A stretch of 64,000 nucleotides of DNA from the NCBI RefSeq assembly GCF_006345805.1, contig NC_043001.1, forward strand, positions 118,730,001 to 118,794,000, given 5' to 3'. A program made the translations under genes and the position numbers. This DNA is from Octopus sinensis. Taxonomy: Eukaryota. Under the pieces are notes generated by a model. That model was given only the letters and a program-made list of their open reading frames with translations, was not told the origin of the DNA and did not search any database. This document shows, piece by piece, positions 50,843-63,948 of this stretch (the stretch's first letter is position 1; each line of letters starts with the position of its first letter).

Positions 50843-51398
50843 CACGGTGGCTGCCCCCTCGTTATCGAGTATGGCCATTGCACGAAGCTTAATCAATGTT
50901 GTTATCGTGCAATGCCTGTGCAAGAAGATTTTTTTTAAAGTGAGGAAAGGCTGTGCACTGAGTCAATCCCACTCACTAAGCAACAGCAGCCATAATCTGA
51001 AAAGAAGAACAAGTCAACATCATCGGTAACCACTGAGCTGCAGGTTTTATGTCGGAGTTATCCCAGTTACCTGAGTTACCTTCTCCTAGAAGGATGCCCT
51101 AACAAAGGCTAGGAGTCCTTAACTCCCAATGGTTTAACCGCGCGATCGGGTAATCAGTCTGATTATTTCTATGTCCCCATGCATGATACAGCCTTAAGAC
51201 ATTTATTGGATGGCTGTTGACTCTCAAGAGTTCCTCCACCCTTTGACGGTTTTTGTTTTTCATCCCGCAGGGTGTCCAATAAACACCCTCCTCACCAAGC
51301 AAACTTGGTGGGGTTGCTGGTTTAGTTGCTGACGACCCGACCATGCAACAGGTTGTACTGGGTTACATGTTACCAGTAGCACTCGAAAGTGACCTGAC
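50843..51398 (-). mobile_element. Non-autonomous, RTE-related 556-bp element flanked by (CATA)n
   Basis: rc includes agcctttgttagggcatccttctaggagaaggtaactc (resembles RTE 5' UTRs) and ends gggggcagccaccg(tatg)n; no long ORF. Confidence 0.45.
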
Positions 51399-51449
51399 AT
51401 ACATACATACACATATATATATATATATATATGTTTGTGTGTGTGAGTG

Positions 51450-51645
51450 TGCGTCTGTGTTTGTACTCCCACCATCGCTTGACAACCAATGTTGCTGTGT
51501 TTATGTCCTCGTAACTTAGCCATTTGGCAAACACACACCAATAGAATAAGTACTAGGCTTACAAAGAATAAATCCTGGGCTCGATTTCTTCGACTAAAAG
51601 CGGTGCTCTAGCATGGCTGCAGTCACATGACCGAAACAAGTAAAA
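51450..51645 (+). mobile_element. SINE family A, 3' half
   Basis: ccaccatcgcttgacaacc...gcatggctgcagtcacatgaccgaaacaag. Confidence 0.85.
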
Positions 51646-51990
51646 CAATAACAGACTATGCCATTTTAACCCCGAGCAACACCAGGTATCTCTGCTAGTA
51701 ACTAATAAAAAATTGAAACCTCCAAATACCTCCTGATGTTGAAAATATAAATATGATACAAGTTCACAGCATCATCCAAATGAATTTTGTTCTTTTCTCT
51801 TTCCTTCTATGTGTGTGTGTGTGGTGTGTGTGTGTGTGTGTGTGTGTAACAGTAGTGGTGATAGTGGAGTTATTGGTGAGAATTAATGATATTTTGATTG
51901 TAGTGAGTTAATAATTTATGAATAAACTATGCTGGAAGCCTTCCTTACACAGTCACCTAAATCATCAACGTGATGCTGGTGAGAACGAAT

Positions 51991-52021
<31 letters not shown>

Positions 52022-52258
52022 GTTATTAATTTTTTTTTTAATGATAATGGCAAAACAGAAGTGGAGGAAAAGAAAAAAACCTAAAACAGCGAAAGTGTGA
52101 GACTGATTACACACACAAGCAAACACATAATACATTCTGCTTCTTGAAGTTTTCTGTATGTGTAGGCCTTGTTCACACCACTATATATATGTGTGTGTGT
52201 GTGTATATATATATGTGTGTGTGTGTGTGTGTATATATATGTGTGTGTGTGTGTGTGT

Positions 52259-52290
<32 letters not shown>

Positions 52291-52936
52291 AACAGAGTGA
52301 GAAAGAGAGAGAGGGAAGGAGGGAGAGAGAGAAATGGGTTGAAAATGTTGAGCAAATAAAGGACAAGATAAAAGTGTGGATAGTTTCATTAAGTAACAGC
52401 TCTGCCTGTCAGCACTATCTAATGACCAAAAACAAATATTAATGACGAGGATGATGATGATGACGATAAAAGGAAAAAAAAAACAAAAACAAAAAAAAAA
52501 TAAATAAATGAGAAAATAAAACAATGAAACTATGAAGAGAAGAAAGATAAGAGCAACAACAACAACAAATTGTATTGACAGAAGTATCTATTTAGAATGG
52601 AGCAAAGGAAATGATAATGTAAATTGGAAAACACACACACACACACACACACATACAAATGTATGTGTAATATAATGTGCTTACACACACTCACACACAT
52701 ACAGATACATGCACACATGGAAGTACACATGCATACAGATGCATGAACATGCATGTCCACTCACATATACAGAGATGCAGAAGTGCAGAAGCTATTTATC
52801 ATCCCAGCACTTTTAATAGGTGGAAAGGAAAAAAAAAAAAGAATTGTGTAACAGATCTATACTGAGATGGTCGTCGTAGCAACACAACTTCAGGCATGTT
52901 TTTTTCTCCTTCTCTCTCTCTTTCCCACCCACATAG

Positions 52937-53029
52937 TTTGATGTAGAAATCATTTCAAATATGAAATGTTCTTTTGTAAACTTGCAACTTACCACCACCG
53001 TTGCTGCCGCCAGCACCATCTACAAACCA
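52937..53029 (+). other. Candidate 93-nt phase 0-0 exon (unverified; overlaps a minus-strand micro-exon candidate)
   Basis: Long pyrimidine tract + ag, donor CCA|GTGAGG; the only open frame is FDVEIISNMKCSFVNLQLTTTVAAASTIYKP. Confidence 0.25.
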
Positions 53030-54076
53030 GTGAGGGAATTTCTATGTAGTAACTTTGCATGCTCAATATTCACTGAAATCCTCCCCCCACACCACCACAC
53101 ATACAGATGGAATATTCACAATCTTTAAATCTTTTGATATAAACCTGCCCAAGACATTTTTTAGTCCATTTTAAAATGTTTAATTTAAATGCAAATTTTT
53201 TATCAGAACCTTTTATTATGTTCTGAACTCCAGCTTAATAATGGAAAATTGACTACTTTTACTAAATTCCTTAATTTCTTGAGTATTCTAAAATTAAAAT
53301 GAAATACATGAACAATCCTTTCTATTAGAATTAATGTCAAAAATAGATTAAAATAACCATATGTTTTAAACCCAAATATATATGTCTAACGTAGCTACAA
53401 GGCCACAAATTTTTGGGGAATGCATGGGTTATGATAGAAGATATTTGCAGTGGGACTATACCCTAAATTAAACTACTTCACCACATAGCCATGCCTGTGA
53501 CTGAAGCATGTACTTGAAATGATCAATAATAAAAGAACTTAAAAACCACATTTTGATAAAAATGTTTAGAAACTGGAATTTATAAAACTATTTCCAGACA
53601 GTCCAGCCTTTAACAATTGTTTTCTTTTAGTAAAAGTTACATAATTCAAACTACTTATTATAGTAGCTGTCTTGTATAGTATAGATTTATAATCTGTGTA
53701 CCAACCAACCAACCAATCGTCCATCCATCCTAGACAAGTGATGTATTGTGTTCTTGGGCAAAACATTTCATTTCAAGCTGCTCCAGTCCACTTAGCTGTA
53801 AATGGGTAACCCTGTAAAGGACTGGCATTCCCTCCAGGGGGAACGTTGACTTGCCTGTCTGCCTAGTCAGTAAGGTGGCATCATTTAAAAGCTACAAGCA
53901 ATAATATGAGGAAGCACATTGTGGCCAGAGGTGTACAACAACATCTGATAGTATAAGTGTGATATTGATATATATACATAATCTTAACATTGATATTTTG
54001 TTTAGGCATTGCGATACTAATAACCTGGTGTTAGAACTCAATATACATATATACTTGAGAAAAAAGTGTTATCAGT

Positions 54077-54111
<35 letters not shown>

Positions 54112-56139
54112 ATACACACATACATCAGTGATATATACACACACAAACTACTTCTAAAATTTGTCAAGTGTATAGAATATGCTTTACTAAGTCTAAGACC
54201 CCTAAAAATGCTTGTTGCCTAGGTGGCATTAAAGGCAAAATCTATTCTTAAATGTACTGTCTTGATTTTTTTTACCAGTATTGTAATTAGTTGAGTTATG
54301 TTTCTTTCAAGCTTATAAAATTTAATAACCCTTAAAAGGAGTTTTTGTCTCATAACTGCATAGCTAATCAAAGTATTTTGATTCATTATATTGAATATGA
54401 GATTCTACCATATGTGTGTTTAGCATGTAGAATATAATACTCTCCTGGGGTAATTTCTCAGTTATATTGCTGATAAAATATAAAATATTCATCATGTATG
54501 TTTAAGATAGTCACAATGATGACAGACTGGTGGATTACTCCTAAACATATTAACTAAGGTTATCTCTGAATCCATCAATCTGTTGAAACAGAACTCACTA
54601 GGCTTAACAACAACAAAGAAACTGAATTCTCTTCTTTTTCTTTCTATCTATTTCATGCATGATCTACCACCTTAACTTATTGATAGGAGGAACTGCAGTT
54701 ACAGAAGTTGGCTATAAGGTACTGCTTATTATTACTGAGAAATGGCAGCAGGCTATCGTTTAGATAATGAAAGGGTTAACTTATAGATATCTACACAGCA
54801 TTGTCAGAAGTTGTATACTGTGAAAATGTAAAATCATTGACAAGAATAGTTATGTGCATTAAACTATGCAGAATATGCAATAATAATCATTAGACTGGTA
54901 GCAGCTGTGAACTACTAGTGAAGACTAACACAATAGGATGAGCATGATAACTTTAATTAATCAAGGCTATATCAGTGCCAATGAGAGGATGGACATTGTT
55001 GAATGATGCTGAAATCAATGAAACAAATGCACCATGCACCAATTAATTAAAAATAGAAATATGCAATTATGTGAGAGGAAGAATAGTGTGACCATAGGCA
55101 GACACACTGACTACACTGGCCATGTTTCTGTCTTATTTGACCACTTCAGTGAAGCATATTGAAACACATGTCTGTTAGATAGAGAGTAAAGAACACACAT
55201 ATATGTACAAAGTATATATACAGGGGTTGGTATGACAAAGTAACAAAATCCTGAGAGAAATAATGCAGGAAAAGTAAACGGAATAATAACAAGCAGAATA
55301 GTTACAAGTAAGGTTACATTCTAGTTGAACCCACAATACTTTATACCACACTAATGGACCAACAAGGAGCCTCAGTATAGATGATTGAGTTGCTAGAAAT
55401 AGTAATCAAATCTTCGAGAAAATCACATTCTGCCATCTTAAATAAAAGACATATTTAGGTAATGCAGTTCCAGATCCATCATTAAAAAGAAAGGATGGTC
55501 ACAGATGGAACGGCTTTGATAATAGATCTGGTTGAGTTGAACAGAGTCTAAACAACAACTCACATCCTGGCGTGGCTGTGTGGTTAAGAAGATTGTTTCA
55601 GAACTACATGGTTTCAAGTTCAGTCCCACTGGGATGACAATAAAAATGTCTTCTATTATCATCACATGCTGATCCTCAATGTCTTCTGAGTGGAATTAGT
55701 AGACAAAAACTGTAACAAGGCATTGTGTGTGAGTGTGTGCGATGCAAACATGTAGGACTCTTATTTCGTTAGTCACCATTTGAGAAAAGCAGAACTGATA
55801 CTGACGTTTCTTGTTGGTTTTACAGTTTTGAAAACTTGTGGAATATAAAATCTCTTATTTGAAAAAAAAAAAGTGAGAGTTGGTGACAATAAGAGCATCA
55901 TCCTCATCATCAACCAGCATCTGGTTGTAAAATCCTGCCTAAAAATCAATTCCCACCCAAGCCTTGTTTGCACTGAAAAATGGACATTAAATGAACAAGT
56001 AAATGATTTGAATCACTATTAAATTGAAAAGTTTATAAAAGCAAAAAGAAAACAGTTTCCCTGCATATGATACTTTTGTATTTACAAAGTATTTTCATCA
56101 GCAATATCTAAAGGAAATGCTCTTATTCTATTTCTTTAT

Positions 56140-56368
56140 TCTTTATTGCCCACAAGGAGCTAAACATAGAGGGGACAAACAAGGACAGACAAATGGATTA
56201 AGTTGATTACATCGACCCCAGTGCGTAACTGGTACTTATTTAATCGACCCTGAAAGGATGAAAGGCAAAGTCGACCTCAGCGGAATTTGAACTCATAATG
56301 TAACGGCAGATGAAATACCTCTAAGCATTTCGCCCAGCATGCTAACGTTTCTGCCAGCTCACCGCCTT
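56140..56368 (-). mobile_element. Young Nin/Deu-like SINE
   Basis: Very similar to 22518-22741. Confidence 0.88.
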
Positions 56369-57357
56369 ATTCTATTTCTAAGAGGATGAGCATATTTCTA
56401 TAACAGTTTTTCATGTAAGTGAATTAATTTATTATCTAACTGGTTGCTTGCCTAATTAATATATGAGATTAGCCTTCATCCCAAGTAACAGTTCCGCTTT
56501 ATCGTCTTCTCTTCGTTCTCAAATTCAAAGCTCGAAATGTTAGACACTCCACTCTTCACATCAAATGAACTTACTGAACTCTCACTTATTGATTAGTTGT
56601 TGCTGACACACAGACAACTTCCTTAGTCTCCAAATTTCACTTCAGTATATGACATGTTGAACAGTGCATGGCTAGCCATGTAGTCACCTCAGCACATGGC
56701 ATTGAATTGAGCTGAGCTGTGTATCAATATCAAAAGATTGACAAAATAACAACAACAAGAGACGCAAAGTCAGCAGTTTTCAGTGAAGCAGGTTAGTAGA
56801 TACTAGTACTTTATTTTATTGGCCCTGAAAGGATGAAAGGTAAAATTGACCTCAGCAGAATTTGAACCAGAATGCAGAGCCAAAATAAATTCCACATGGA
56901 ATTATTTTTATCTCTGTTCTTTATGTTCTGAGTTGAAATTATGACAGAAGTTGTGTGAGGAATGAGGCATAAAGGGCTGAAGACAGATATGTTCCTCTTT
57001 GATAAAAGCCCCCATCAACATTCAAGTTTCATTGGAAAAGGAAAATGATAGAAGAGAGGGAACTACTGCCTCCCAGCAAATTTTTTGAAAAGTGGACAAG
57101 AATGACAAGCATGGTCTGGAGTGAATGGATCTGCTTTGAGCATGGGCCTGTAAACTGGAGAAGGACACCTGGGAAAAGGTTCTGGTCTTAGTGCTCAGAG
57201 TGACTATGGTTTATGTGGGGTTTCTGCAGGTAGTCCTTGCTCCCATTTTGGGCAATTTTCTTTGAAATTTTTCATGTAGTTTGTTATTCCTCTTTTTTAC
57301 ATTTCCTTCAATCTTTTTGTCAACTCTTTGGTTAATAAAGATAGCCTTATCCTCCTC

Positions 57358-57399
<42 letters not shown>

Positions 57400-57427
57400 A
57401 TTATTATTATTATTATTATCGTTATTA

Positions 57428-57980
57428 TTGAGTGAGGGAACAGTGCATGCCATCAAAGTAACACTAGGGTAAAATATACAAGGCCTAGTATACCTATCAT
57501 GATTACCCATCTGATAAGGGTACACCAGGCACATGCATCACAACCATATGTGCACGACATGGTGATCTCATATCAAGATAAACAGTACATGACCTTGCAG
57601 GTGGAGCCCAGTTAGAATTTTCTTCAGGTTGAGTAGCCTATCCCACTCAAAAGGTCCCTGAATAAGAGCTGTTTAAGAATGGTGATTGAAACACCCATGT
57701 TTTCAGAACTGAATTATCCAAACCCCAGAGAATCCCTCTCAAAACATGGCTATGATGCACCCCAACTACTGCTTGTGATTAGAGATGCACATATCGTCAG
57801 CCACTAAGGGACATGGTCAACTGGTTAAGGTCAAGCAACTGACAAGCAAATCTGAGGTATTGAGCAGAATATTAGCTGTAGCCCATCTTTTATACCAAGA
57901 CAAAGCAATGTGCATGATAGCACTTCCAATTAGTTAAAATCAGAAGTCGTGAGAGCAACCGCATGGTATTGCATCAGGGC
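57428..57980. repeat. Unclassified interspersed repeat between (ATT)n tracts
   Basis: Sharp boundaries with (ATT)n on both sides. Recalled as an abundant cephalopod repeat; only one copy in this window. Confidence 0.35.
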
Positions 57981-58069
57981 AATTATTATTATTGTTGTTG
58001 TTGTTGTTGTTGTTGTTGTTATTATTATTATTATTATCATCATCATCATCATCATCATTCACATTAAAG

Positions 58070-58280
58070 TAGTGAGCTGGCATAATCATTAGTATGCTGG
58101 GTGAAATGCTTAGAGGTATTTTGTCTGCTGCTATGTTCTGAGTTCATATTCTGACAATGTTGATCATGCTTTTCATCCTTTCTGGGTTAATAAATTAAGT
58201 ACCAGTTGAACACTGGGGTCGATATAATCGACACATCCCTCCCCCAAAATGGCTGCTCTTGCGGGGAAATTTGAAACCAT
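58070..58280 (+). mobile_element. Nin/Deu-like SINE
   Basis: gtagtgagctggcataatcattag...gcttttcatcctttctgggttaataaattaagtaccagttg. Confidence 0.8.
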
Positions 58281-58752
58281 TATTATTGTTGTTGTCGTTA
58301 TATAAATAAAACTTCAAAGAAATAACTTTTGAAACATTTTACTGGAATTAATAGGAGGACATTCAAGCAATCAGTCAGATAAACAAACATTACCAGAATA
58401 GTGGTGTGTAAATTTTAGGTAGTTAAGTGGTACTTGAAATTTAGGTGGTTGAGTGGTACTCAAGATTAGGTAGTTGGATATGGAGAGGAACTGAAGTGGA
58501 TAATGATTATGCTGCAAAACTATCTAGCAGCTACTAAAGAGGATAGCCAATAATTAAGTGAAAGAAGGTTTTGTACAATGGCACTAGAATTCCAGCTAAG
58601 AATATATACATGCAAGATTGCTTGTACACTATGTGCAACAGGAGAGAATAAAAGGTTAATAATGGTGGTTTCTGATTTAGGCATAAGACAACAAATTTAG
58701 GGGAAGGGACCAGTAGATTACATCAACCACTAGAAGGTGATTTGTACTTTAA

Positions 58753-58971
58753 CCCTTTTGTTACTGTATTTATTTTGAGATGCTCTGTGTTTCTTTCAAT
58801 TATTTTAAATATAACAAAGAATTTAGTAAAATAACTTAGTTATCATTCAGCTAGTGTTAAGTACATTAATTGTGACTAAGGTTGCAGAAGATTTTAATTC
58901 AAAACTTATGAAAACAAGACAGTTGTACTACAGAGCAAGAGCTGGTTTCAGCAGGGTTGGTAACAAAAGGG
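58753..58971. mobile_element. piggyBac-like MITE with TTAA TSD
   Basis: TTAA(58749-52) CCCTTTTGTTAC ... GTAACAAAAGGG TTAA(58972-75). Confidence 0.85.
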
Positions 58972-59774
58972 TTAATCAACTTTGGAAGGATGAAATACAA
59001 ATCTGGATTTGAACTCAGAATGAGAAAGGACATAACTAAATACTGCTGGACACTAATTCTGCTACTAATTCAGTAATAACTAAGAATGAAAGGAGTAAAG
59101 TCCAGTGAAATTTTTTTTTATCTTATTTGTTCCAATTCTCTGCTCAAATCTGGTTGAGGTCAACTCTGCTTTGCATCCTTTTTGGGGTTGATAAATAGTG
59201 CCAGTCAAGGGCAGCAGATTATCATAATTGCTAGAATATTGTATGAAATAGCATGTGACAGTTCTTCTGGTACTTTGCATTCTGAGACCACATTCTGTGC
59301 ACATGTTGATGGTCAGGGCTAATTTGCTCACTTTTGAAACACCCAATCCAACTCACATTTAGTCAGCACAGACAGATAAGCCTATAATGAACATACTTAA
59401 GTTGGCAGTGGCATGATGATGCTTCATCCAGCATTAGACCGAAAGCAGCTAAATGGAAACGGACAAGATTGAGTAAGCTCAAAGTTAAGTTATATGAGTA
59501 TGTGCATCTGTCTGCATGTATGTGTACATGTGTATGTGTGTGTGTGTATTTGTAAATTACTGATGCGTTAACAATGACTTTTCAATGCTGTACTCTACTA
59601 AAGGCCACAAATATAGATTTTTTTTTAGCTAATACAGTACAGGCTAAATAAAAATCTATAGTTATATTTTGCAGCACAGTGTATATATACATATATATGC
59701 ATAAACACATACGTTTATTATTACTTTATGTCCACTTTCTATTCTGTGTCTGTACATATACTATATATCATCAT

Positions 59775-60030
59775 CATCACCATTGTAGTTTAATGTCCAC
59801 TTTCCATGTAGGCATGGGTTGGATGGTTTGACTGAGAACTGGCAAGCCAAGAGGCTGCACAAGGCTCCAATCTGATTTGGCAAGATTTCTACAGCTGCAT
59901 GCCCTTCCTAATGCCAACCACTCTGAGAGTGTAGTGGGTGCTTTTACGTGTTACCAGCACAGGAGCCATCAGGCGGCACTGGCATCGGTCATGCTCGAAT
60001 GGTGCTTTTTACGTGCCACTGGCACAGGTA
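59775..60030 (-). mobile_element. 5'-truncated RTE 3' end
   Basis: tttaatgtccactttccatgtaggcatgggttggatgg...gtagtgggtgctttttacgtg. Confidence 0.8.
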
Positions 60031-60204
60031 TACATATATATATATATCCTAAATGGGTACTAGGAGTGGATGCATAGGGCATGAGATGGTCGAGTGGCTT
60101 AAGTAATGGGTTACCTTTCCATAAAAGTAATCAATTCCACTTTCCATGCAGTTATGTGTGTCAATGTGTGCTTGTTGACACACATTCACACATGCAAACA
60201 GACA

Positions 60205-60655
60205 TACGTGACCCTGAGGCATGATATAGTTACAAAGACTATTTACAATGCTATCCACAGGAAGGAGTGCCCTGGCATATACATCAAAGGTATGTCAGAA
60301 TCAGTAATTAGGTATTCACACCTTTAAAAACAAGGAATACTGATGGAACACTCAATAAAAACATCAATTCTGTGCAAACATAACCGACCTGATATTGTTC
60401 TGTGGGTCAGGGAAGTAAAGTGATGCACTGTTGTAGGGGTTAGCAGCCCAGCAGATGTGAATATACAATCAAAAGTCCAGGAAAAAGTACCTATCATCAT
60501 AGGTGCATTAAGTTACGTACAACGAATTTGCACAAAAGCCTAGACAACCTGGTTGCACAAAAAGGAGCAAAAGGAACTGATGTAGATTTTCCAAATCCAA
60601 TGTATTAGTGGCACAGTGAAGATTTGTAAGACATTCCAAAAATTCTCCATATGAA
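60205..60655 (+). mobile_element. RLE-type non-LTR retrotransposon (R4/Dong-like), C-terminal relic
   Basis: YVTLRHDIVTK (RHD), CKHNRPDIVLW (PD of the restriction-like endonuclease), VPIIIGALS, ISGTVKICKTF; deletions and stops. Confidence 0.85.
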
Positions 60656-60814
60656 ACTTTTATGTGAATAGATGCAAACATCTTGATGTATGCATTGACA
60701 GTTCAGCCACATATTTACAAACACTGGGAACTCTCTTAACTCAAAAGGTTTTGTTGTTTTGCTAGTAGCTAGTTTGGACTCTCTCAAGAACTTAAGCTCA
60801 AAGGCACACACACA

Positions 60815-60847
<33 letters not shown>

Positions 60848-61444
60848 GTTATATATGCCATAAGTAATACTCAGGTTATGTAGTAATCATAAATGAATAT
60901 AATGGAAATCACAAAATCTTCATAGAGTCTCAGATGGACATTTATTTTAATACCTGTACACATGGATCACGTTGCTTCCAGCATATTTCATGTTTAACAG
61001 TACATATATTATGGAATAGATATATTCATTATTATTATTTAATACTTACATTAAGCAAATTAGGTTGCTAAAAATTACCAAATAGAAACGATGCAACTCG
61101 TGCACACAGGCTACTGACTATTATGACTAAGCATAAAGTAGCAATCATTCTGTCTTTATGACATAATATTTAATGCATGTGGGAAATACACTCATGACTT
61201 GTTTAACAGTGACATCTCTTAATATATAAGGCTCCAGGAAATGTGCCTATCTAAAATCAAAATATTAGTTGTGTGCTGATTTATGTATTAGATCAACATT
61301 TTCATGATAATTGGAACTTAGCTATACTTCATATTTAGTATTATAGTTTGAATTTAGGAATATTTCTACACACACCCACACCCACCCACACACTCGTCTT
61401 GGAGACTTATCTTCCAAAACCTTAACCAGATAAGGAATGTGTAC

Positions 61445-62600
61445 GGGCATATATGAGGTTGTCAGATAAATTCATTCATTTCTTTCCAATGCTATTTGAA
61501 TTAGCATGAACAATATCTTCATCGTAGAATTTTATGGTTTTCTGTAGCTCTGTTCTTTCTCTACAACTTGTGTTTATCACGGTTGAAAATCTGAATAAAT
61601 TTTACCTCAATTCAGACATATGAAGATGGAGTGCCAAGAAGAAGGAACTGAGCTTTTTCAATGCCTGCTTCTCTTCGCTTTCTGTCAAGTTTTACTAAAG
61701 CTGCCAAAGTCACTCAAGATATTTATGATGTGTATAGAGAAGGTGCTATTACTGAAAGAACTGCCCAGAAGTGGTCTTTGCTGTTCAAGGAAGGGAAATT
61801 CAGCCTCCCAGACTTTCTGTGTGCTGGCAGACCTGTTCTACTCATTGAGGATCGACTGAACGAGGCTCCACACCAATCCACTTGGGAATTGGTTTAGCAA
61901 ACAAGATTCTCTAATGATACTGCCATTCATCACCTTCACTTGATGGGTAAGGGGCAAAATCTCGATGCATGGATGTCACATGCTCTGAACACAAGTGAAC
62001 CTCTATTATTGTCAGTTTGCTTGCTTGACACCAGGCTACTTGTGAATACAAACAGAAAGTTCTTTATTGATTGTCACTGGGATGAGATATGTCAATATGA
62101 AGCAGAGGAAAGAATGGCTAGGTCCTGACAAGCAAGCAGCACCTTGAACCACACAAGAGATGTAGCCATACAAACCAATGATCTGCATTTGGAGGAACTG
62201 GGAAGGGCTACCCATTATGAAATGCATGAAAATAACCACATGGTCAATGCAGAGCTTTATGCTCAGGAAATGCACCAGCTCAATGATGCAATCCATCTGA
62301 AACAACCTGACTGGCGATACGGTCTGCTTCTTCAACATGACGATGCTTGTCCCACTCCCAATGCTTTTCAAGAGTTCAACTGGGAAGGTCTGCAGCACCA
62401 TATTCTCCTGATATAAGGATTTAGATTATCACCATTTTTGGTTGCTCTCCAACAGTCTGTGTGGTATTTTGCCTAACAATGACATGAAGCTGAAAGTGTG
62501 GTTTGATGAATTCTTCATGTCAAGATCTGACAATTTTCATCATCAATGCATTGGTAAGTGGAACATTGACAAGACAACAAAGGAGAATATATTATTGATG
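61445..62600 (+). mobile_element. Second decayed mariner transposon (different subfamily)
   Basis: IYDVYREGAITERTAQKW, HLHLMGKGQNLDAWMSHAL, VNAELYAQEMHQLNDAI, LLLQHDDACP, LKVWFDEFFMSR; frameshifted. Confidence 0.9.
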
Positions 62601-63677
62601 GATTTATTAAAGCTGCTCAGTGTCTTCCTCTAGTGGATGCCTAGAATATTTTCTCCATAGTAACTGTGGTGAATTTGCCTTTAGAGGTTAAAATATGTCA
62701 AAAATACTTTAACCAACTTAAAATTTGTTTATTCCTCGACACTGCCAAATGCTGAAACTATTGTATTTATTCTGACTAGGTAGTCCATGAGTGCAACCCA
62801 CTCAATGATATTGACTTTTTCTAAGATAAAGCTTTATAATCCGTCCAGGGTTATCTCTCTTTGGTATCTCCTACTGAGGAAGGCTAAAGAGCAAGAAAAA
62901 TATCTAAGAGTGTTAGGGGAAGACACTGAGCAAATGAGATGTTTTTACACCTTTTACCATAAGCAAGAATTTTTCTGCGCTGAATTTGCCCTTATGTTAA
63001 AATATGCCGCAAACATATTTTAACAAAACTCAAGTTTGATAAATATATGTATTTAAAAAAACGGGAATTTTTGATACTGTTTTAACATTATTAATCAGTT
63101 CTGTCTCAATATATTAATTTTCTAAAATGTGTATGTGGATGAATAAAGAAAAGTAAATTTAAAGAACCAATGAAATGCAACAAGGCTTTAGTATTAAACA
63201 AATGGATCCATGTGTTTCTGTGTGTGCACGCATGCAAGTACACACACACACACACACTTAAAAAAAACTCAATGTAGTAAAACAGAAAACAAATAAACAT
63301 AGATATTTAAAATTGATGATTACACTTGCAGAGAAATGATGCTCAAATTCCTCCGACATCGACCAGTCATTTTGTTTTGTGGAAAAGATATCCGTTTTCT
63401 AAGTAAGTAAGTAACAACTTTGGTCTCTTTATGTTTATGACTGTGTTATAAGTTAATGTGTAGTCAACAGATGCAGTGATGATGTAACTGTGGCAGAAAC
63501 ATCTGTCAGGCCACATCTCTCTACAAGAGAATCAGTCGATTAAATTGGTTAGATCTGCAAAAGTTGAAGAAAAAAAATAACATTATAAAATGAAATAAAT
63601 CACATAAGGATAAAACGAAATATCAAATTCTCTCTCTCTCTCTCTCTATATATATATACATGTGTGTGTGTGTGTGT

Positions 63678-63889
63678 GTGCTGAAAAGTTCTTGGCTTTA
63701 AGAGTGTCGCGAAAGGCCTGGATGGAGGCCCAGCCTTCTAAGTTCTTTTACAAAACTTAGAAAAACAGAAGGACCGCTGCAATAAGTGTGTTAATCTGAG
63801 AAAGGAATATGTTGAATAAAATCATAATTAACTGATCCGCCAGTATTTTCTTTTACCCAAAACTATGAACTTTTCACCACCCCCTTGTA
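63678..63889. mobile_element. Internally deleted mariner MITE
   Basis: Left gtgctgaaaagttc, right gaacttttcaccacccccttgta; interior resembles a transposase 3' end. Confidence 0.8.
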
Positions 63890-63914
63890 TATGTGTGTGT
63901 GTGTGTGTGTGTAA

Positions 63915-63941
<27 letters not shown>

Positions 63942-63948
<7 letters not shown>

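Noticed and set aside
138-63300. Most ORFs in the supplied track (poly-HT, YI, CV, RE, L, T and N peptides)
   Set aside because: They are translations of microsatellites or SINE/LINE non-coding fragments and show no domain signatures.
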